A stretch of 64,000 bases of DNA from Candidatus Latescibacterota bacterium (GCA_965203805.1 OZ241917.1:672001-736000); one strand, 5' to 3'; positions 29,777 through 40,568 are shown, counted from the stretch's first letter. The notes: a model not told the origin generated them from the sequence alone. Program-made: numbers and translations.

Positions 29777-31009
29777 TCAGGACGGCAGAGCGGTCTTCTT
29801 TTGGAATACCGCGTTCCAGTCAATGCGGCCGGTGAACTGCATGGCCGCGAACAGGGTGGCGACGCACAGAATGGTAATGGCGAGGCCGGTATAGCCGGAG
29901 AAGAAAAACGAGTAGGAGAAGAGCACGAGATAGATGAACTGGCCCGCGGCGGTCTCGACGAACGCGAGGCGCGTGCCCACAACGAGGCGCATGTACGACG
30001 TCACGAGCAAAATCGAAACCGCGGAGGCCAGGACGAAGGCATAGTGAATCAGCATGTGGTCGACCAGGTAGGCCAGCAACAGATGGAAGCTGAAGAAGGC
30101 GGCACCGATGAAAAAGTAGTGCATAGGGTGCAGGTCGACGCCCCGCACCGTGGCGAAGATAAAGAGCAGAAAGAAGAACAGAAAGAGGGATACGGGCGCC
30201 GCGAAGACGACCTGCTGAACCCAGGGCCCGGGGTTGAGGCGGGCGGGGAAGATCAGGCCCAGATCGACGCCGGTGAGTAGATGTTCGTAGCGCCAGGTCA
30301 GGCGCCATCCCTCGTCTGCCCGGGTTTTCGACACGGGCGACACGCTGTCTTCCGGAAAGTCGATCTCGTCGAAGTCGGTCCGCATCACCAGATTGAAGTC
30401 CGACACCTGGTTGACGTCATCGCCGAAACTGTACCGCCATTGGTCCATGCCCTGCGAACGGTAGGATACGTGGACAGGAAGTTCCTGACCTGGCGCGAGA
30501 TGGAGGCGCTGGACCAGATGGCCGGATCGGACGGGCACCTCGGCGATGGCTCGACCGTCGACACTCAGGATAATATCGTCGTACACGGCGCGGCGCGCGG
30601 GCAAAGGCAGGTCGAAGTAAAGATTCAGGATCCGGTTTGTGGGGTTGGCCAGCGTGTACGTGGCGGCGAATCTGACCCGATACGTGGAATACCATAACAG
30701 GCCCTTTCGCCGGTGCTTGAGGGAAAGGTCGACTTCAATGCGGCTGGCGTTGAGGCTCAGAAAGTACTTTTCGTCCACCGTGCGCGTGACGGACTCGCCC
30801 TCCGGGCCGGGTTCGACCCGGGTGACGCGGTCCAGCCAGTACACCTGCGGGGCCTGCTGTGTCTGGGCCGTGCCCCAGAGTTGGCCCACAGAGTCTTTGA
30901 GTTTGTTGTCCTGTCGCAACGTGCGCTGGTGAATGGTCTGGCCCAGGATGAGCCACGCGACCGAAATGCATAAAAAAATGAAACCGATGGCGGCGATGCG
31001 CTGGATCAT
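29777..31009 (-). CDS. creD: Inner membrane CreD-family protein
   Basis: N-terminal TM, periplasmic domain (RRKGLLWY), about six C-terminal TMs, LHPMHY, FHLLLAYL motifs. Confidence 0.7.
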   Translation of the reverse strand: MIQRIAAIGFIFLCISVAWLILGQTIHQRTLRQDNKLKDSVGQLWGTAQTQQAPQVYWLDRVTRVEPGPEGESVTRTVDEKYFLSLNASRIEVDLSLKHRRKGLLWYSTYRVRFAATYTLANPTNRILNLYFDLPLPARRAVYDDIILSVDGRAIAEVPVRSGHLVQRLHLAPGQELPVHVSYRSQGMDQWRYSFGDDVNQVSDFNLVMRTDFDEIDFPEDSVSPVSKTRADEGWRLTWRYEHLLTGVDLGLIFPARLNPGPWVQQVVFAAPVSLFLFFFLLFIFATVRGVDLHPMHYFFIGAAFFSFHLLLAYLVDHMLIHYAFVLASAVSILLVTSYMRLVVGTRLAFVETAAGQFIYLVLFSYSFFFSGYTGLAITILCVATLFAAMQFTGRIDWNAVFQKKTALPS

Positions 31010-31158
31010 TAGAACTCCCGGGCTTCGAGACGAGAAGTGGTTTTAGTTTGAACGCGTCGTCTGAAACGGAGTTCCATCGATGCCCGACAGGAGCATTCCG
31101 CGCACGTTGCAACGTATCCGGGAAACTGACCCGAAGCTCACGGAGCGATGCACGAAGT

Positions 31159-34014
31159 CTAAAGATAATGCGATAGACGTACGTAAAGATATCTGCCCAT
31201 GAAGTCGTAGGTGCTGGAATCCGATGTGCCAAGGAAACCGTTGAATATTACCGCCGGCCGCTGATCGAAGATATTGTTGATGCCGACCGTTAAAACGGAT
31301 GCGCCCATCCGGGTCCCGAGTCTGTAGGTTCCGTACAGGCCGAAGGTGCTATTCGCGCTGACGTCGCGACTTACAGGCGTTTCCGACACGTCCTCGCGAT
31401 ACAGGCCCTTGCAGTCGTCGTCCTCGCACTCCAGGAACCCACCGACGTACTTCCAGTTCAGGCCGACAGAGACGCGCGGCTGACTCAGACCCGACGTAAG
31501 CGCATGCCGCCACCTGGGAAATACACCCAGATCGTAATAACCCCTTCCCTTCACCAGTTCCAGGCCGTCTGGCGCAGGCACAAGCTGTTCGTATTTGAAA
31601 AGCAGATTGCTCTCCGTGCGGGTCGTTAGAATTCCCAGCGGCGTGTCGACCGTGTAATCCAGTTCGACGTCCAGTCCGCTGGTCTCGGTTTCGCCTACGT
31701 TGGCGCCCTGGGAAAAGATGGTCGTAATCAGCTTCGTATTCGGGTCCCGTACGATCTGATCGCAGTAGGACGGCGTTTCCTGCGAATAGCAGTTGCTCAG
31801 AATAAGCCCTGCGGGAAGCGCCCCGATCACATCCTCTATCTTATTCGTATAGTAGCTGATAGCAATATCCAGGTTTTCGGCGTATTCAGGTTGGTAAACC
31901 AGCCCGGCCGTTATCATGGCAGCGGTTTCCGGATCCAGGTCGGTTGACCCGCCGACTTTTGCCCGCAACTGCGCGCGTGAGTCCTCAAAGTCGGGCGGGA
32001 CGCCGGCAGCCGCGCAATTCCTCCGTTGCTCGGCCGTGAGTGTCCGGGTGCTGCCGGCTTCGTCCACCACGCTGCAGGGATCGCTCACAAGCGGGAAGGC
32101 ATCGCTCTGGCCGAGGAACATCTCCGCGATGCCGGGCGCGCGAAACGCATTGGATATCGTCGCCCGGAGCGTCAGTCCCCGGGGAAGCACGCAACGGGCG
32201 CCAGCCTCATACGTGAAGCCGCTCCCGAAGGTGTCGTAATCGAATGCCCTGCCTGCCGCGGTCAGATCCAGTCCAGCGGCATCGGTCCGATATACCGGCA
32301 CGGAGGCCTCCCCATACAGGGCCCTTACCGAATAGGCGCCTTCGGTCGATTCCTGCTTGCTGCCGGTCGTATTTCCCGATTTCGTCACCGGATCCGGGAT
32401 ATACGCGCCGGCTTCCCACCGTGAAGACACCCCCGCGGCCACGCCCAGCGGACCGGCCGGCAGTTCGGCGATCTGCCCGGTCAGGTTCAGCTGGAGGATC
32501 TTCTGCCTGGTGTAGCCCGTCGCGATTCCGGTATACTGGATGTAGTCCAGCATTTCCTGCGTGATGGTACCGGCGCCGTGCAGCAGATCAAGCGGCACGC
32601 ATCCGCCGGTGGCGGCGCATTCCTCCGCGGGTCCCAGCGCATAGGCCAGATTGCTGAGGACGAATCGTCCCTCATTGATATTGGTTCCCTCGCTGCGGCC
32701 GTACGCATACGACAGATCGGCGTCAATCCCCCGATGCGAGTATTCGGCGCCCAGCACGATGCGGTAGGTGTTGATGTCCTGGAGGAAATTTCGATTGCCC
32801 GCCTCTACGAACCGGCGTCGGACGTCGTAGAAGTCGCGTCCGTATTCATTGTATCTGTTCGTGGCCGATACGGAGAGGCCCTCGCTGATGATGAAAAGGG
32901 GGGTCGGCGCGAGCTTCTGGTCGGACCGCCGATTCGTGTAGGAAACCTCGAAAAAGCCCTTCGCCTCCTGCGCGAATTCATAGCTGCCGCTGAGAAAGGT
33001 GGTGTATCGGGTTTGGGGCGTGTAGAGGTAATTTTCCGGCTGATAATTGTACAGGTCGCCGCTGCCGTCCGAAGAGTTTCCCGCCCAGTTGAACGGGCGC
33101 CATCCACCGTTGGGGTCGCGGTGGTAGTCGCCGGCGTTCTCGCCGGCAGCCGTTACCACAGCCTGCCACGCCGCATTGCCGGGGTTGCCGGTCCGGTCGA
33201 TGATGTGTCCTTCCGGCGTCGCCGAACTACCGCTTGTGGCGTAGGTGCCGTCGTTTTTTTCCCAGTCGTAGGACTTGTCCTCTGTGCTGAAGGGCCGGTC
33301 GCCGGTCCACACGGGGCCCTGATTGTGGTAGCCGGCCGAAAACAGGACGCTGCCTTTTTCGCTCTTCAGGCCGGCTGTCACGCTGACATCCAGCGTCTCG
33401 CCGTCGCCCTCGCCCGCGACACCCTGGTAGATTTCAAACTCGAGCCCCTCGGTCTCGGCCCTCGTGATGACGTTTACGACGCCGCCGACCGCGTCGGATC
33501 CGTACACGGCGGAAGCGCCGTCTTTCAGCACCTCCACACGCTCTACGGCCGAGGCGGGAATGGCGTTCAGGTCCACGGAGGAATTGGCGCCCGTGCCGCC
33601 CGGAACGAAGCGGCGGCCGTTGAGCAGCACCAGGGTTCGATGTGCGCCCAACCCCCGGAGACTGATGCGGGTAGAGCCGTCTCCGCCGTTGTTGGCCTGA
33701 GTGTTGATGGCATTGGACTGAACGGTGAGGGTCTGCAGGACGTCTCCTATCGACGCCAGGCCCCGTACCTTGATTTCATCCCGAGACATGACAATGACCG
33801 GCGCCGGCGTGAGGTCGTCCTGACTCTTGATCCGTGAGCCGGTTACGGTGATGGCCTCCAGTTCGTAGACCACTATTTCATCGTCGTCTGCCTCTTCAAC
33901 TTCCTCAACGTCTTCGACGTCTCCGGCATCTTCTCCGGACGCCGGGACCACGCACACCTCACTGGCGAAAAACACAGCCAGCGCGAACCACAAGACCTCG
34001 TATCGGCTTCGCAT
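31159..34014 (-). CDS. TonB-dependent outer membrane receptor
   Basis: Signal peptide, ITVTGSRI TonB box, LRGLG...RTLVLLNGRR, VEVLKDGASAVYGSDAVGGVVN plug; C-terminal GINNIFD...GRYLYVRL. Start at ATG 34014 after AGAGGGGAG. Confidence 0.92.
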   Translation of the reverse strand: MRSRYEVLWFALAVFFASEVCVVPASGEDAGDVEDVEEVEEADDDEIVVYELEAITVTGSRIKSQDDLTPAPVIVMSRDEIKVRGLASIGDVLQTLTVQSNAINTQANNGGDGSTRISLRGLGAHRTLVLLNGRRFVPGGTGANSSVDLNAIPASAVERVEVLKDGASAVYGSDAVGGVVNVITRAETEGLEFEIYQGVAGEGDGETLDVSVTAGLKSEKGSVLFSAGYHNQGPVWTGDRPFSTEDKSYDWEKNDGTYATSGSSATPEGHIIDRTGNPGNAAWQAVVTAAGENAGDYHRDPNGGWRPFNWAGNSSDGSGDLYNYQPENYLYTPQTRYTTFLSGSYEFAQEAKGFFEVSYTNRRSDQKLAPTPLFIISEGLSVSATNRYNEYGRDFYDVRRRFVEAGNRNFLQDINTYRIVLGAEYSHRGIDADLSYAYGRSEGTNINEGRFVLSNLAYALGPAEECAATGGCVPLDLLHGAGTITQEMLDYIQYTGIATGYTRQKILQLNLTGQIAELPAGPLGVAAGVSSRWEAGAYIPDPVTKSGNTTGSKQESTEGAYSVRALYGEASVPVYRTDAAGLDLTAAGRAFDYDTFGSGFTYEAGARCVLPRGLTLRATISNAFRAPGIAEMFLGQSDAFPLVSDPCSVVDEAGSTRTLTAEQRRNCAAAGVPPDFEDSRAQLRAKVGGSTDLDPETAAMITAGLVYQPEYAENLDIAISYYTNKIEDVIGALPAGLILSNCYSQETPSYCDQIVRDPNTKLITTIFSQGANVGETETSGLDVELDYTVDTPLGILTTRTESNLLFKYEQLVPAPDGLELVKGRGYYDLGVFPRWRHALTSGLSQPRVSVGLNWKYVGGFLECEDDDCKGLYREDVSETPVSRDVSANSTFGLYGTYRLGTRMGASVLTVGINNIFDQRPAVIFNGFLGTSDSSTYDFMGRYLYVRLSHYL

Positions 34015-34330
34015 AAGAGGACTCCCCTCTGGTAAGGCGCCATTCAGTACCTGCAATCGGTGGCGCGTCCGTGTTCAGTTGGCGTTGAGCTTTTTCAGTC
34101 GACCACTCGCGCGCCGGGGGAAGGTACGCAGGGACACGACCGGGAACAGGACCGTGTATAGGGTGGGGGAGTTGGGGCGGGATCTCCCTGCATCGACGCC
34201 CCATGCGGAGACGTCGCAGGGTTGTCCCGCAAGCGGTTTACCTAAAATATAACGCCTACGGCGAACGCCGCAAGGTGTTCATTCGTCAATATTCCGAATT
34301 GTTATCGTCTCCGGTTTTCGTATTGGACAT

Positions 34331-34359
34331 AAAAAAGGAGGCCGAATGATCGGCCTCCT
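34331..34359 (-). terminator. Rho-independent terminator of the tRNA
   Basis: Minus strand AGGAGGCCGA-tcat-TCGGCCTCCT followed by a T-run. Confidence 0.85.
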
Positions 34360-34371
34360 CTGTTGTTTATT

Positions 34372-34448
<77 letters not shown>

Positions 34449-34493
34449 ACCACAAATCCTGTATAGGGAAATCTATCAATCCGAGTCGTTTTG

Positions 34494-35783
34494 TCAAGCG
34501 ATTTCTTGTGTTTTGCCCTGTTTGTTCCGATCGGGTTCCTGTTTGACGATCCGGACTGTGGTAATGCGTTGACCGACCACTTCCTCGACCCACAGGGTGA
34601 GGTTTTCGAATACAAAGGTCTCTTCGGGACCCGGAACCCGGCCCAGGTGGTTGTAGATGAATCCGCCGAGGGTTTCGTATCCTTCACGCGGAAGCTCGAT
34701 ATTGAGGATCAGATTGAGGTCGTCTATATCCAGTCTCGCATCGGCAACCAGCACGTGTCCGTCTTCGTCCCAGTGAAACAGTTGCTCTTCCTCGTCGTAT
34801 TCGTCGTGAATTTCGCCGACGATCTCTTCGATCAGGTCCTCGAGCGTGACCAGTCCGGAAGTGCCTCCGAATTCATTGATGACAATGGCCATGTGCACCT
34901 TGTTGGCCTTGAATTCACGCATCAACTCCGCGATTTTCTTGTTTTCAGGCGCAAAATACGGCTTGCGCATAGCGCCTTCCGGCGTCCAGTCCTCACCTGT
35001 GCCTAAAAGCTCGAGCAGATCCTTGGCGTAAACCACGCCTTCTATATGGTCCACGCGTTCCCGGTAGATCGGAATGCGGGAGTGGCGTCGCTGCTGGATC
35101 AACGACAGGATATCCGCCGGTTTGGAGGAGATTTCGGCGCACACCATATCAATACGCGGGATCATCACCTCCTTCACGGTGGTTTCGCCGAACTCGAATA
35201 TGCCGGCGATCATGTCCCGCTCTTCCTCTTCGATGGTCCCTTCCTCGGTCTCGGTTTCCACAATCTGACGCAGTTCCTCCTCCTTGATGGCCCTTGTATC
35301 GGTTTCGCTGACAAACAGGCTCTGAGTCTTATGCAGGAGCATCGTTGGCGCGAGCAGCAGCATATAGAGTGGATAGTATATGGCGATCAGATGCGGCAGC
35401 GGACGATCGGATCCCTCTTCCCGCCTGTAGAACGAGACGGCATTGCCAATCAGCAGCGAAATCAGCACGAACACGGTGATGCTCAGCAGATCGCGCAGAA
35501 GCGGCCAGGCGAAGTCGCCCAGTCCGAATCTGACGAGGGATGCGAACGCAAGTCCGCCCAGGGTGATGGACAGCGATTGACCAAGCGTGACCGTCAGGCC
35601 CAAAGCGTATCTCGGCCGGTACATCGACAGCAGGAGGTTCGCGCGGGGAACGGCTTCATCTCGGAGGCGCTCAAGTGTCGCCCTCGATATCGTGCTTCCG
35701 ATCGCGCCTGCGCGTGCGATCAGCGCGGTGACGACCAGAGATCCGCCTGCGACAAGTGCTGCCAACCATTCGGAGTCGTCCAA
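34494..35783 (-). CDS. Hemolysin/CNNM-family CBS-domain protein (HlyC/CorC)
   Basis: N-terminal TMs, EVMIPR, HSRIPIY, GLVTLEDLIEEIVGEIHDEYD, ETLGGF. Confidence 0.9.
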   Translation of the reverse strand: MDDSEWLAALVAGGSLVVTALIARAGAIGSTISRATLERLRDEAVPRANLLLSMYRPRYALGLTVTLGQSLSITLGGLAFASLVRFGLGDFAWPLLRDLLSITVFVLISLLIGNAVSFYRREEGSDRPLPHLIAIYYPLYMLLLAPTMLLHKTQSLFVSETDTRAIKEEELRQIVETETEEGTIEEEERDMIAGIFEFGETTVKEVMIPRIDMVCAEISSKPADILSLIQQRRHSRIPIYRERVDHIEGVVYAKDLLELLGTGEDWTPEGAMRKPYFAPENKKIAELMREFKANKVHMAIVINEFGGTSGLVTLEDLIEEIVGEIHDEYDEEEQLFHWDEDGHVLVADARLDIDDLNLILNIELPREGYETLGGFIYNHLGRVPGPEETFVFENLTLWVEEVVGQRITTVRIVKQEPDRNKQGKTQEIA

Positions 35784-35790
35784 AATGGAT

Positions 35791-36243
35791 TCACACTCCT
35801 TTCAGAGGTTTGCCTGCTTGAAGCCGCGCCATATACTCTTGTTCCTTGCGTCGCATGGACGCACTGGATCCAGGTTCGTCGTGCCGGTACCCGAGCAGAT
35901 GCAGGGTACCATGAATGGCAAGACACGTGATTTCGTCGGACAGGCCGCGGGATGTTTCCCGTGCCTGCGCTTCGGCCCGATCCACGGAAATGTAGATTTC
36001 ACCGAAATCGCCGCCGTCGGGATGGATCGGGTCCGACAGGTCGAAGGATAAGACATCGGTAGGCCCGGATGCGCCCTTGAACTCGCGGTTCAGACGACAA
36101 AGCGTCACGTCGTCGGCCAGTATCAGGGTGACGGTACCGACCGCATCGTGATCCTCGAGCACGCGGTCGAGCAGGAAGTCGAGGTTCGCCAGATCGAAGG
36201 GTTCGGGAAACTGCGCTGCCTGCTCGATGCGGACCCGGGTCAC
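35791..36243 (-). CDS. ybeY: rRNA maturation endoribonuclease YbeY
   Basis: LNREFK, PTDVLSF, GEIYIS, HGTLHLLGYRH; GTG start overlapping the upstream stop. Confidence 0.92.
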   Translation of the reverse strand: MTRVRIEQAAQFPEPFDLANLDFLLDRVLEDHDAVGTVTLILADDVTLCRLNREFKGASGPTDVLSFDLSDPIHPDGGDFGEIYISVDRAEAQARETSRGLSDEITCLAIHGTLHLLGYRHDEPGSSASMRRKEQEYMARLQAGKPLKGV

Positions 36244-38552
36244 AAGACTTCCTTTCCGCGCCTGGATTGAACCCGTTTCTGTTCCTGCTGCCACGGATAG
36301 GCAACGCGGCTGTGCCATGTGCCCTCGAGAATGGGCAGAAACGCTTCCTGAATCCGGGTCAGGTCTCGGAGCGTCAGGTCGCATTCGTCCAGTTCACCGG
36401 CGGTAAACCGTCCCTTTACGAGTCTCTGAACCATGTCGCGGGTGTCTTCGGGGGAAATTGCGTTGAGGCTGCGTATAGCCGATTCCACCGCGTCGGCAAG
36501 GCTGACGATACCCGCCTCACGTGTTTGTGGCCGCGGACCCGGATATCGGAAATCGGCGTCGCGCACCTCGTCGGGGGCGCTGCTTTCCAGGGCGCTCTTC
36601 TTGAATCCCGCGATTTCGCTGGTCCCGTGATGCTGGGAGATCATGTCGATAATAACCCGGGGCAAACCTTCCTCTTCCGCCATTCTGACCCCGTCCTTCA
36701 CATGGGAGATGAGAATCAGGGCGCTCAGGCGGGGCTGGAGTTCATCGTGCGGGTTCACGCCTTTCTGGTTCTCGATAAAATAGTGGGGTCGTGTCATCTT
36801 GCCGATGTCATGGTAATAACAGCCTACCCGCGCCAGCAGGCCGTTGGCGCCAACGACTTCAGCGGCGGCCTCCGAAAGCCTGGCCATGATGATGCTGTGA
36901 CTGTACGTCCCCGGCGCCCGAATGGCCAGGTTGCGCAGCAGCGGCCGGTTCAGGTCCGAGAGCTCCAGCAGCGTGTAGGTCGTGACCACGCTGAATGCGC
37001 TTTCGAAGATCGGCAGCAGGCCGATCGTCAGAACGGAGGATGCGCAGGCCGTGAAGGTGCCCAGAACCAGGTCCCACCTGACCTTCTGGATGAACTCTCC
37101 GAAACTCGCATAGCTGAACAAAAGGGTGGCGGTTGCGAAGGTAGAAAGCACGTAGGCGCAGACCAGGAAGGCGATGGACCGGTAAAAGAAGTCGCTGCGC
37201 CGGTTCACCGGACGTACGGAGTATGCCCCGGCAGCCCCGGTAATCAGATAAATCAGTCCGAACGAAAGGCTTCCCACGATACTCGCGCACAACGTGGCGC
37301 ACACGAACGAGACAACCAGGCCGACTTCCGTGTCGAATAGCACGGTCGCCAGCATCACCGAAAGGGCAACCGGCACCAGCAAGGGCGTTATCGACGACAC
37401 GGTTGCCGCATACGACGCGACGAGGCACGGCATGGTGACCAGGATGCCGAACAGGACGAGGTTGGAGGTCGACGCGAAGATCGCAGGCCGCGACACCTGA
37501 AGAAATACGAACAAAATCGCAACCAGCAAGGCGCTGACGGCGGCCTGTGCGCCGACTTGCAGATGATAGAGGTACGGTACCCGGTCGATCGCCCGGTTCA
37601 TGTGCACGGCGAGAGAACGCAACTGGTCCATGTGTTCCGAGGTCACGCGGTCGTGTTTGTCGACGATGCGCTCGCCTCCCAGAAAACTACCCTTGTAGGG
37701 CGAGACCCTTGCTGCGGCCTCCTCCCTGCGCCGTCCGGTCTCTTCGGCGCTGTAGGTGAGATTGGGCGTCAGAAAGACGACGACAAGCTCGTATACGGCC
37801 TTGATCTCCGCGGGAGTACCCTGCGGGAATTGCGTGTCGATCTCATCCTGCAAGCTTCGCTCATACCATTCCAGGCCCCGGATAGGCGCCGCCGAAACGC
37901 GTCGTTCGCCGTCAGCCTGGACGAGAAGCACCTCTACAGTATCGTCGCCAAGGACTTCGGAGTCCTGGTTCAATACGCCGTCCGTATAACTGGATATCAG
38001 CAGATCGCGGACAGTGGTGCGGAGCTTTTCGAATCCGGCGGGGTAATTGGCCGCCTGATCGATGAGAAATCGCAGGCTGGCCTGAGATACGGAACCGATT
38101 TCAGAATGTGCCTGCTGGAGGTGATGTACGGCCGAATCCGGAGCGACGGCAGTACTCCTCCGACTCAGATCCTCGAAGAATCCGTCAAGTGCCTGTTGCC
38201 GATCCGCAGCTATCCCCGCGTTCAGGATCAATACCGGAAGAACGTCTTCGCGGGCTGCTTCCACTTCGCGGCCGTACTCGGTTTCGTTCTTGAACACTTT
38301 GAAGTTTTCCGGCGCGATCACTTCGTAGGGTGCGATGGTTCCCTCGCTGAATGCACTGTGTTCGTAGTTCGTTCTGGCAATCGGGAAGAAATACGTCAGC
38401 AGGGCAACCAGCGTGAAGAGGATGCCCCCCCGAAACAGAACCCTCAAGCGCGAACGCAACTTGCGACGGGCCAATGCAAGGCGGTCATCGCCACCGGTAT
38501 CCGATCCCAAAAATCCTGTATCCAGGAGCATCTGTCGGAGACTGCGCATCAT
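36240..38552 (-). CDS. 7TM-HD family phosphohydrolase (PgpH-like cyclic-dinucleotide phosphodiesterase)
   Basis: Extracellular domain, 7TM region, APGTYSHS, YYHDIGK, QHHGT, LADAVE; in the conserved phoH-HD-ybeY context. Confidence 0.88.
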   Translation of the reverse strand: MMRSLRQMLLDTGFLGSDTGGDDRLALARRKLRSRLRVLFRGGILFTLVALLTYFFPIARTNYEHSAFSEGTIAPYEVIAPENFKVFKNETEYGREVEAAREDVLPVLILNAGIAADRQQALDGFFEDLSRRSTAVAPDSAVHHLQQAHSEIGSVSQASLRFLIDQAANYPAGFEKLRTTVRDLLISSYTDGVLNQDSEVLGDDTVEVLLVQADGERRVSAAPIRGLEWYERSLQDEIDTQFPQGTPAEIKAVYELVVVFLTPNLTYSAEETGRRREEAAARVSPYKGSFLGGERIVDKHDRVTSEHMDQLRSLAVHMNRAIDRVPYLYHLQVGAQAAVSALLVAILFVFLQVSRPAIFASTSNLVLFGILVTMPCLVASYAATVSSITPLLVPVALSVMLATVLFDTEVGLVVSFVCATLCASIVGSLSFGLIYLITGAAGAYSVRPVNRRSDFFYRSIAFLVCAYVLSTFATATLLFSYASFGEFIQKVRWDLVLGTFTACASSVLTIGLLPIFESAFSVVTTYTLLELSDLNRPLLRNLAIRAPGTYSHSIIMARLSEAAAEVVGANGLLARVGCYYHDIGKMTRPHYFIENQKGVNPHDELQPRLSALILISHVKDGVRMAEEEGLPRVIIDMISQHHGTSEIAGFKKSALESSAPDEVRDADFRYPGPRPQTREAGIVSLADAVESAIRSLNAISPEDTRDMVQRLVKGRFTAGELDECDLTLRDLTRIQEAFLPILEGTWHSRVAYPWQQEQKRVQSRRGKEVL

Positions 38553-38564
38553 CGCTCGGGCACC

Positions 38565-39566
38565 TTACACTGTCTGTTGACCCGCGCCGTCGTTCGGGCC
38601 GGGTTCATCGGTTGCCTGAAGCTTTTTTTCCGCTTCATAACGATCGTAAGCCGAGATGATCCTCCGCACCAGAGCGTGGCGTACGACGTCCCTCTCAGTA
38701 AAGCTGACGAACCGGACGGCCTCAATATGCGAGAGGATCTGCTGAACGTGAACGAGCCCGGACACGTCGTCCGGCAGCAGGTCGATCTGCGTGACATCAC
38801 CGTTGACAACGGCCTTTGAGTTGGCCCCCAATCGCGTGAGGAACATCTTCATCTGGCTGATGGTGGTGTTCTGAGCCTCATCCAGGATGACGAAGGCGTT
38901 GTTGAGCGTCCGCCCTCGCATAAATGCCAGGGGAGCGATTTCCAATGTCCGGTTCTCTAGCAGGTGTTGTATATGCTCACCGGGAATCATGTCCCGCAGT
39001 GCGTCATATAACGGCCGCAGATAGGGATCGACCTTATCCTGAATGTCGCCCGGCAGGAAACCAAGACTTTCTCCGGCTTCGACCGCCGGGCGGGTCAGGA
39101 TGATCCTGGAGACTTCCTTGCGCTTCAAGGCGGCGGCGGCGCAGGCGACAGCGAGATAGGTCTTTCCGGTCCCGGCGGGGCCGATGCCGAAGACGATATC
39201 GAATTTCTCGATTCCGATCACATATTGTTGCTGGGCGGCGGAACGAGGCCGAATTACGCATTTCTGGGTGACAAGAACGGTTTTCTCGGTGTCGGACGGG
39301 CCGTTGTCGACGGTCACGGCGCCCGATTCGTCCGACCGTTCGGGGATGTCGCCGCGCCGCAGGCAGGAGACCATCTCTTCCAGAAGACCGGAAACGTGTC
39401 GAACCTTGTACGCGGGCCCTGAGATCGTGACGGTTTCGCCTCGGGCCGTTACGTGAACGCCGTATCGGGCTTCGAGCGCCAGGAGGTTGACGTCGTTGTG
39501 ACCGTACAACGTCAGGGGATCGACGCCCTGGATGGATAGCTGATGAGATAAGGTTCTATTTCTCAA
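38565..39566 (-). CDS. phoH: PhoH-family ATPase (YbeZ-like)
   Basis: GPAGTGKT, RPAVEAGE, APLAFMRGRT, ILDEAQN, GDVTQID. Start approximate, placed downstream of the terminator at 39589-39632. Confidence 0.92.
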   Translation of the reverse strand: MRNRTLSHQLSIQGVDPLTLYGHNDVNLLALEARYGVHVTARGETVTISGPAYKVRHVSGLLEEMVSCLRRGDIPERSDESGAVTVDNGPSDTEKTVLVTQKCVIRPRSAAQQQYVIGIEKFDIVFGIGPAGTGKTYLAVACAAAALKRKEVSRIILTRPAVEAGESLGFLPGDIQDKVDPYLRPLYDALRDMIPGEHIQHLLENRTLEIAPLAFMRGRTLNNAFVILDEAQNTTISQMKMFLTRLGANSKAVVNGDVTQIDLLPDDVSGLVHVQQILSHIEAVRFVSFTERDVVRHALVRRIISAYDRYEAEKKLQATDEPGPNDGAGQQTV

Positions 39567-39588
39567 CCGGTCAGGTCTTTTCAGAAAT

Positions 39589-39632
39589 AAAAAAGCCCTC
39601 GTTCCGGCCAGACTCCGGGAACGAGAGCTTTT
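39589..39632 (-). terminator. Rho-independent terminator after the LysM gene
   Basis: Minus strand AAAAGCTCTCGTTCC...GGAACGAGGGCTTTTTT. Confidence 0.75.
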
Positions 39633-39719
39633 CATATGACTTATTCGTGGTGTGAGTCACTTTCCATTTTGTGAGGGCGCAATTCTCCGTCGCTCGGAGC
39701 CAGGGAGTCCGGTGACCGT

Positions 39720-40568
39720 TCAGTCTTCCGGAACGTCGATGACCTGCGCCGGAAAGACCAGGTTCGGATCCCGGATCTGAGACTTGTTCGCCCGATAAAT
39801 GCGGTGCCACTTCGTCGGGTCGTTGTAAACCATGCTGGCGATGCTCGTCAGCGTATGCCCCTGAAGGATCAGGTGTTGGCCCCTATCCACGCCGAAGGGA
39901 ATCTGCAGAACCCAATCGGGGTAGATCAGATCCGGATCCTTGATCTTGTCGCGATTTTCGAGATAAATCCTCGGCCAGAGGTAGGCGTTGTCGTAGATTT
40001 CCTCGCTCCTGGCGATCTTCCAGAGGTTATCGTTGCGGAGCACCGTGTAGTCTTTGATTTTCTTCGCGGGCATCCGGGCGGCGATACTCTCGATCAGCTG
40101 CACGATCGTCTTCAGTTTCATCCGCGCTTTGGGGAGATGGCGGATCTTGTTCTGCTTCAAGCCCTCGACCTCTTCGGAAATCGCATCGAAATGGTCACGC
40201 TGGTCGAAAAGATCGGCGTCGGGAAGATTCATCAGGGCCCTGAGCTGACCCTCGATGCGATCCAGTGCGGCCAGATAGGCGTCAATGCAGGCCTGATCGG
40301 GACACCCGACCAGATCCAGGACTTCCTGCAATGTACTTGCAATCTGCGCATCCAGCTCGGCGATCTGCTGCGAGACCCTGTCGCCGGCCTCTTTGCAATC
40401 CTGCACTTTCTGCTTCGTTTCCTGGATCTCCCGCTGCACGCTTGCAAGCTGCATTTCGTACTCTTCGTAGGTCATACCGTCGGACTGGGCAAAAGCAGCC
40501 ACCGGGACCAGAGCCATTGCCAGCGCAGTGCAGACGAGCGAAAACCCGATGTGTTTACGATTCTTCAC
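39720..40568 (-). CDS. Secreted coiled-coil protein with two LysM peptidoglycan-binding domains
   Basis: Signal peptide; YTVLRNDNLWKIA...PDLIYP and GHTLTSIA...PNLVFP. Confidence 0.85.
   Translation of the reverse strand: MKNRKHIGFSLVCTALAMALVPVAAFAQSDGMTYEEYEMQLASVQREIQETKQKVQDCKEAGDRVSQQIAELDAQIASTLQEVLDLVGCPDQACIDAYLAALDRIEGQLRALMNLPDADLFDQRDHFDAISEEVEGLKQNKIRHLPKARMKLKTIVQLIESIAARMPAKKIKDYTVLRNDNLWKIARSEEIYDNAYLWPRIYLENRDKIKDPDLIYPDWVLQIPFGVDRGQHLILQGHTLTSIASMVYNDPTKWHRIYRANKSQIRDPNLVFPAQVIDVPED

Noticed and set aside
34015-34330. Cobalamin riboswitch upstream of the TonB receptor (also considered upstream of nrdJ)
   Set aside because: No recognisable B12-box (GGGAA...GCCACTG) arrangement on the coding strand; an Infernal search would be needed to exclude it fully.
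39567-39635. N-terminal extensions given by the ORF track (phoH, aspS, ybeY, hsdR, lyase B, ABC subunit 2, FAD oxidoreductase)
   Set aside because: They run through terminators or neighbouring genes. Downstream starts fit RBS position, overlaps and family N-termini better.
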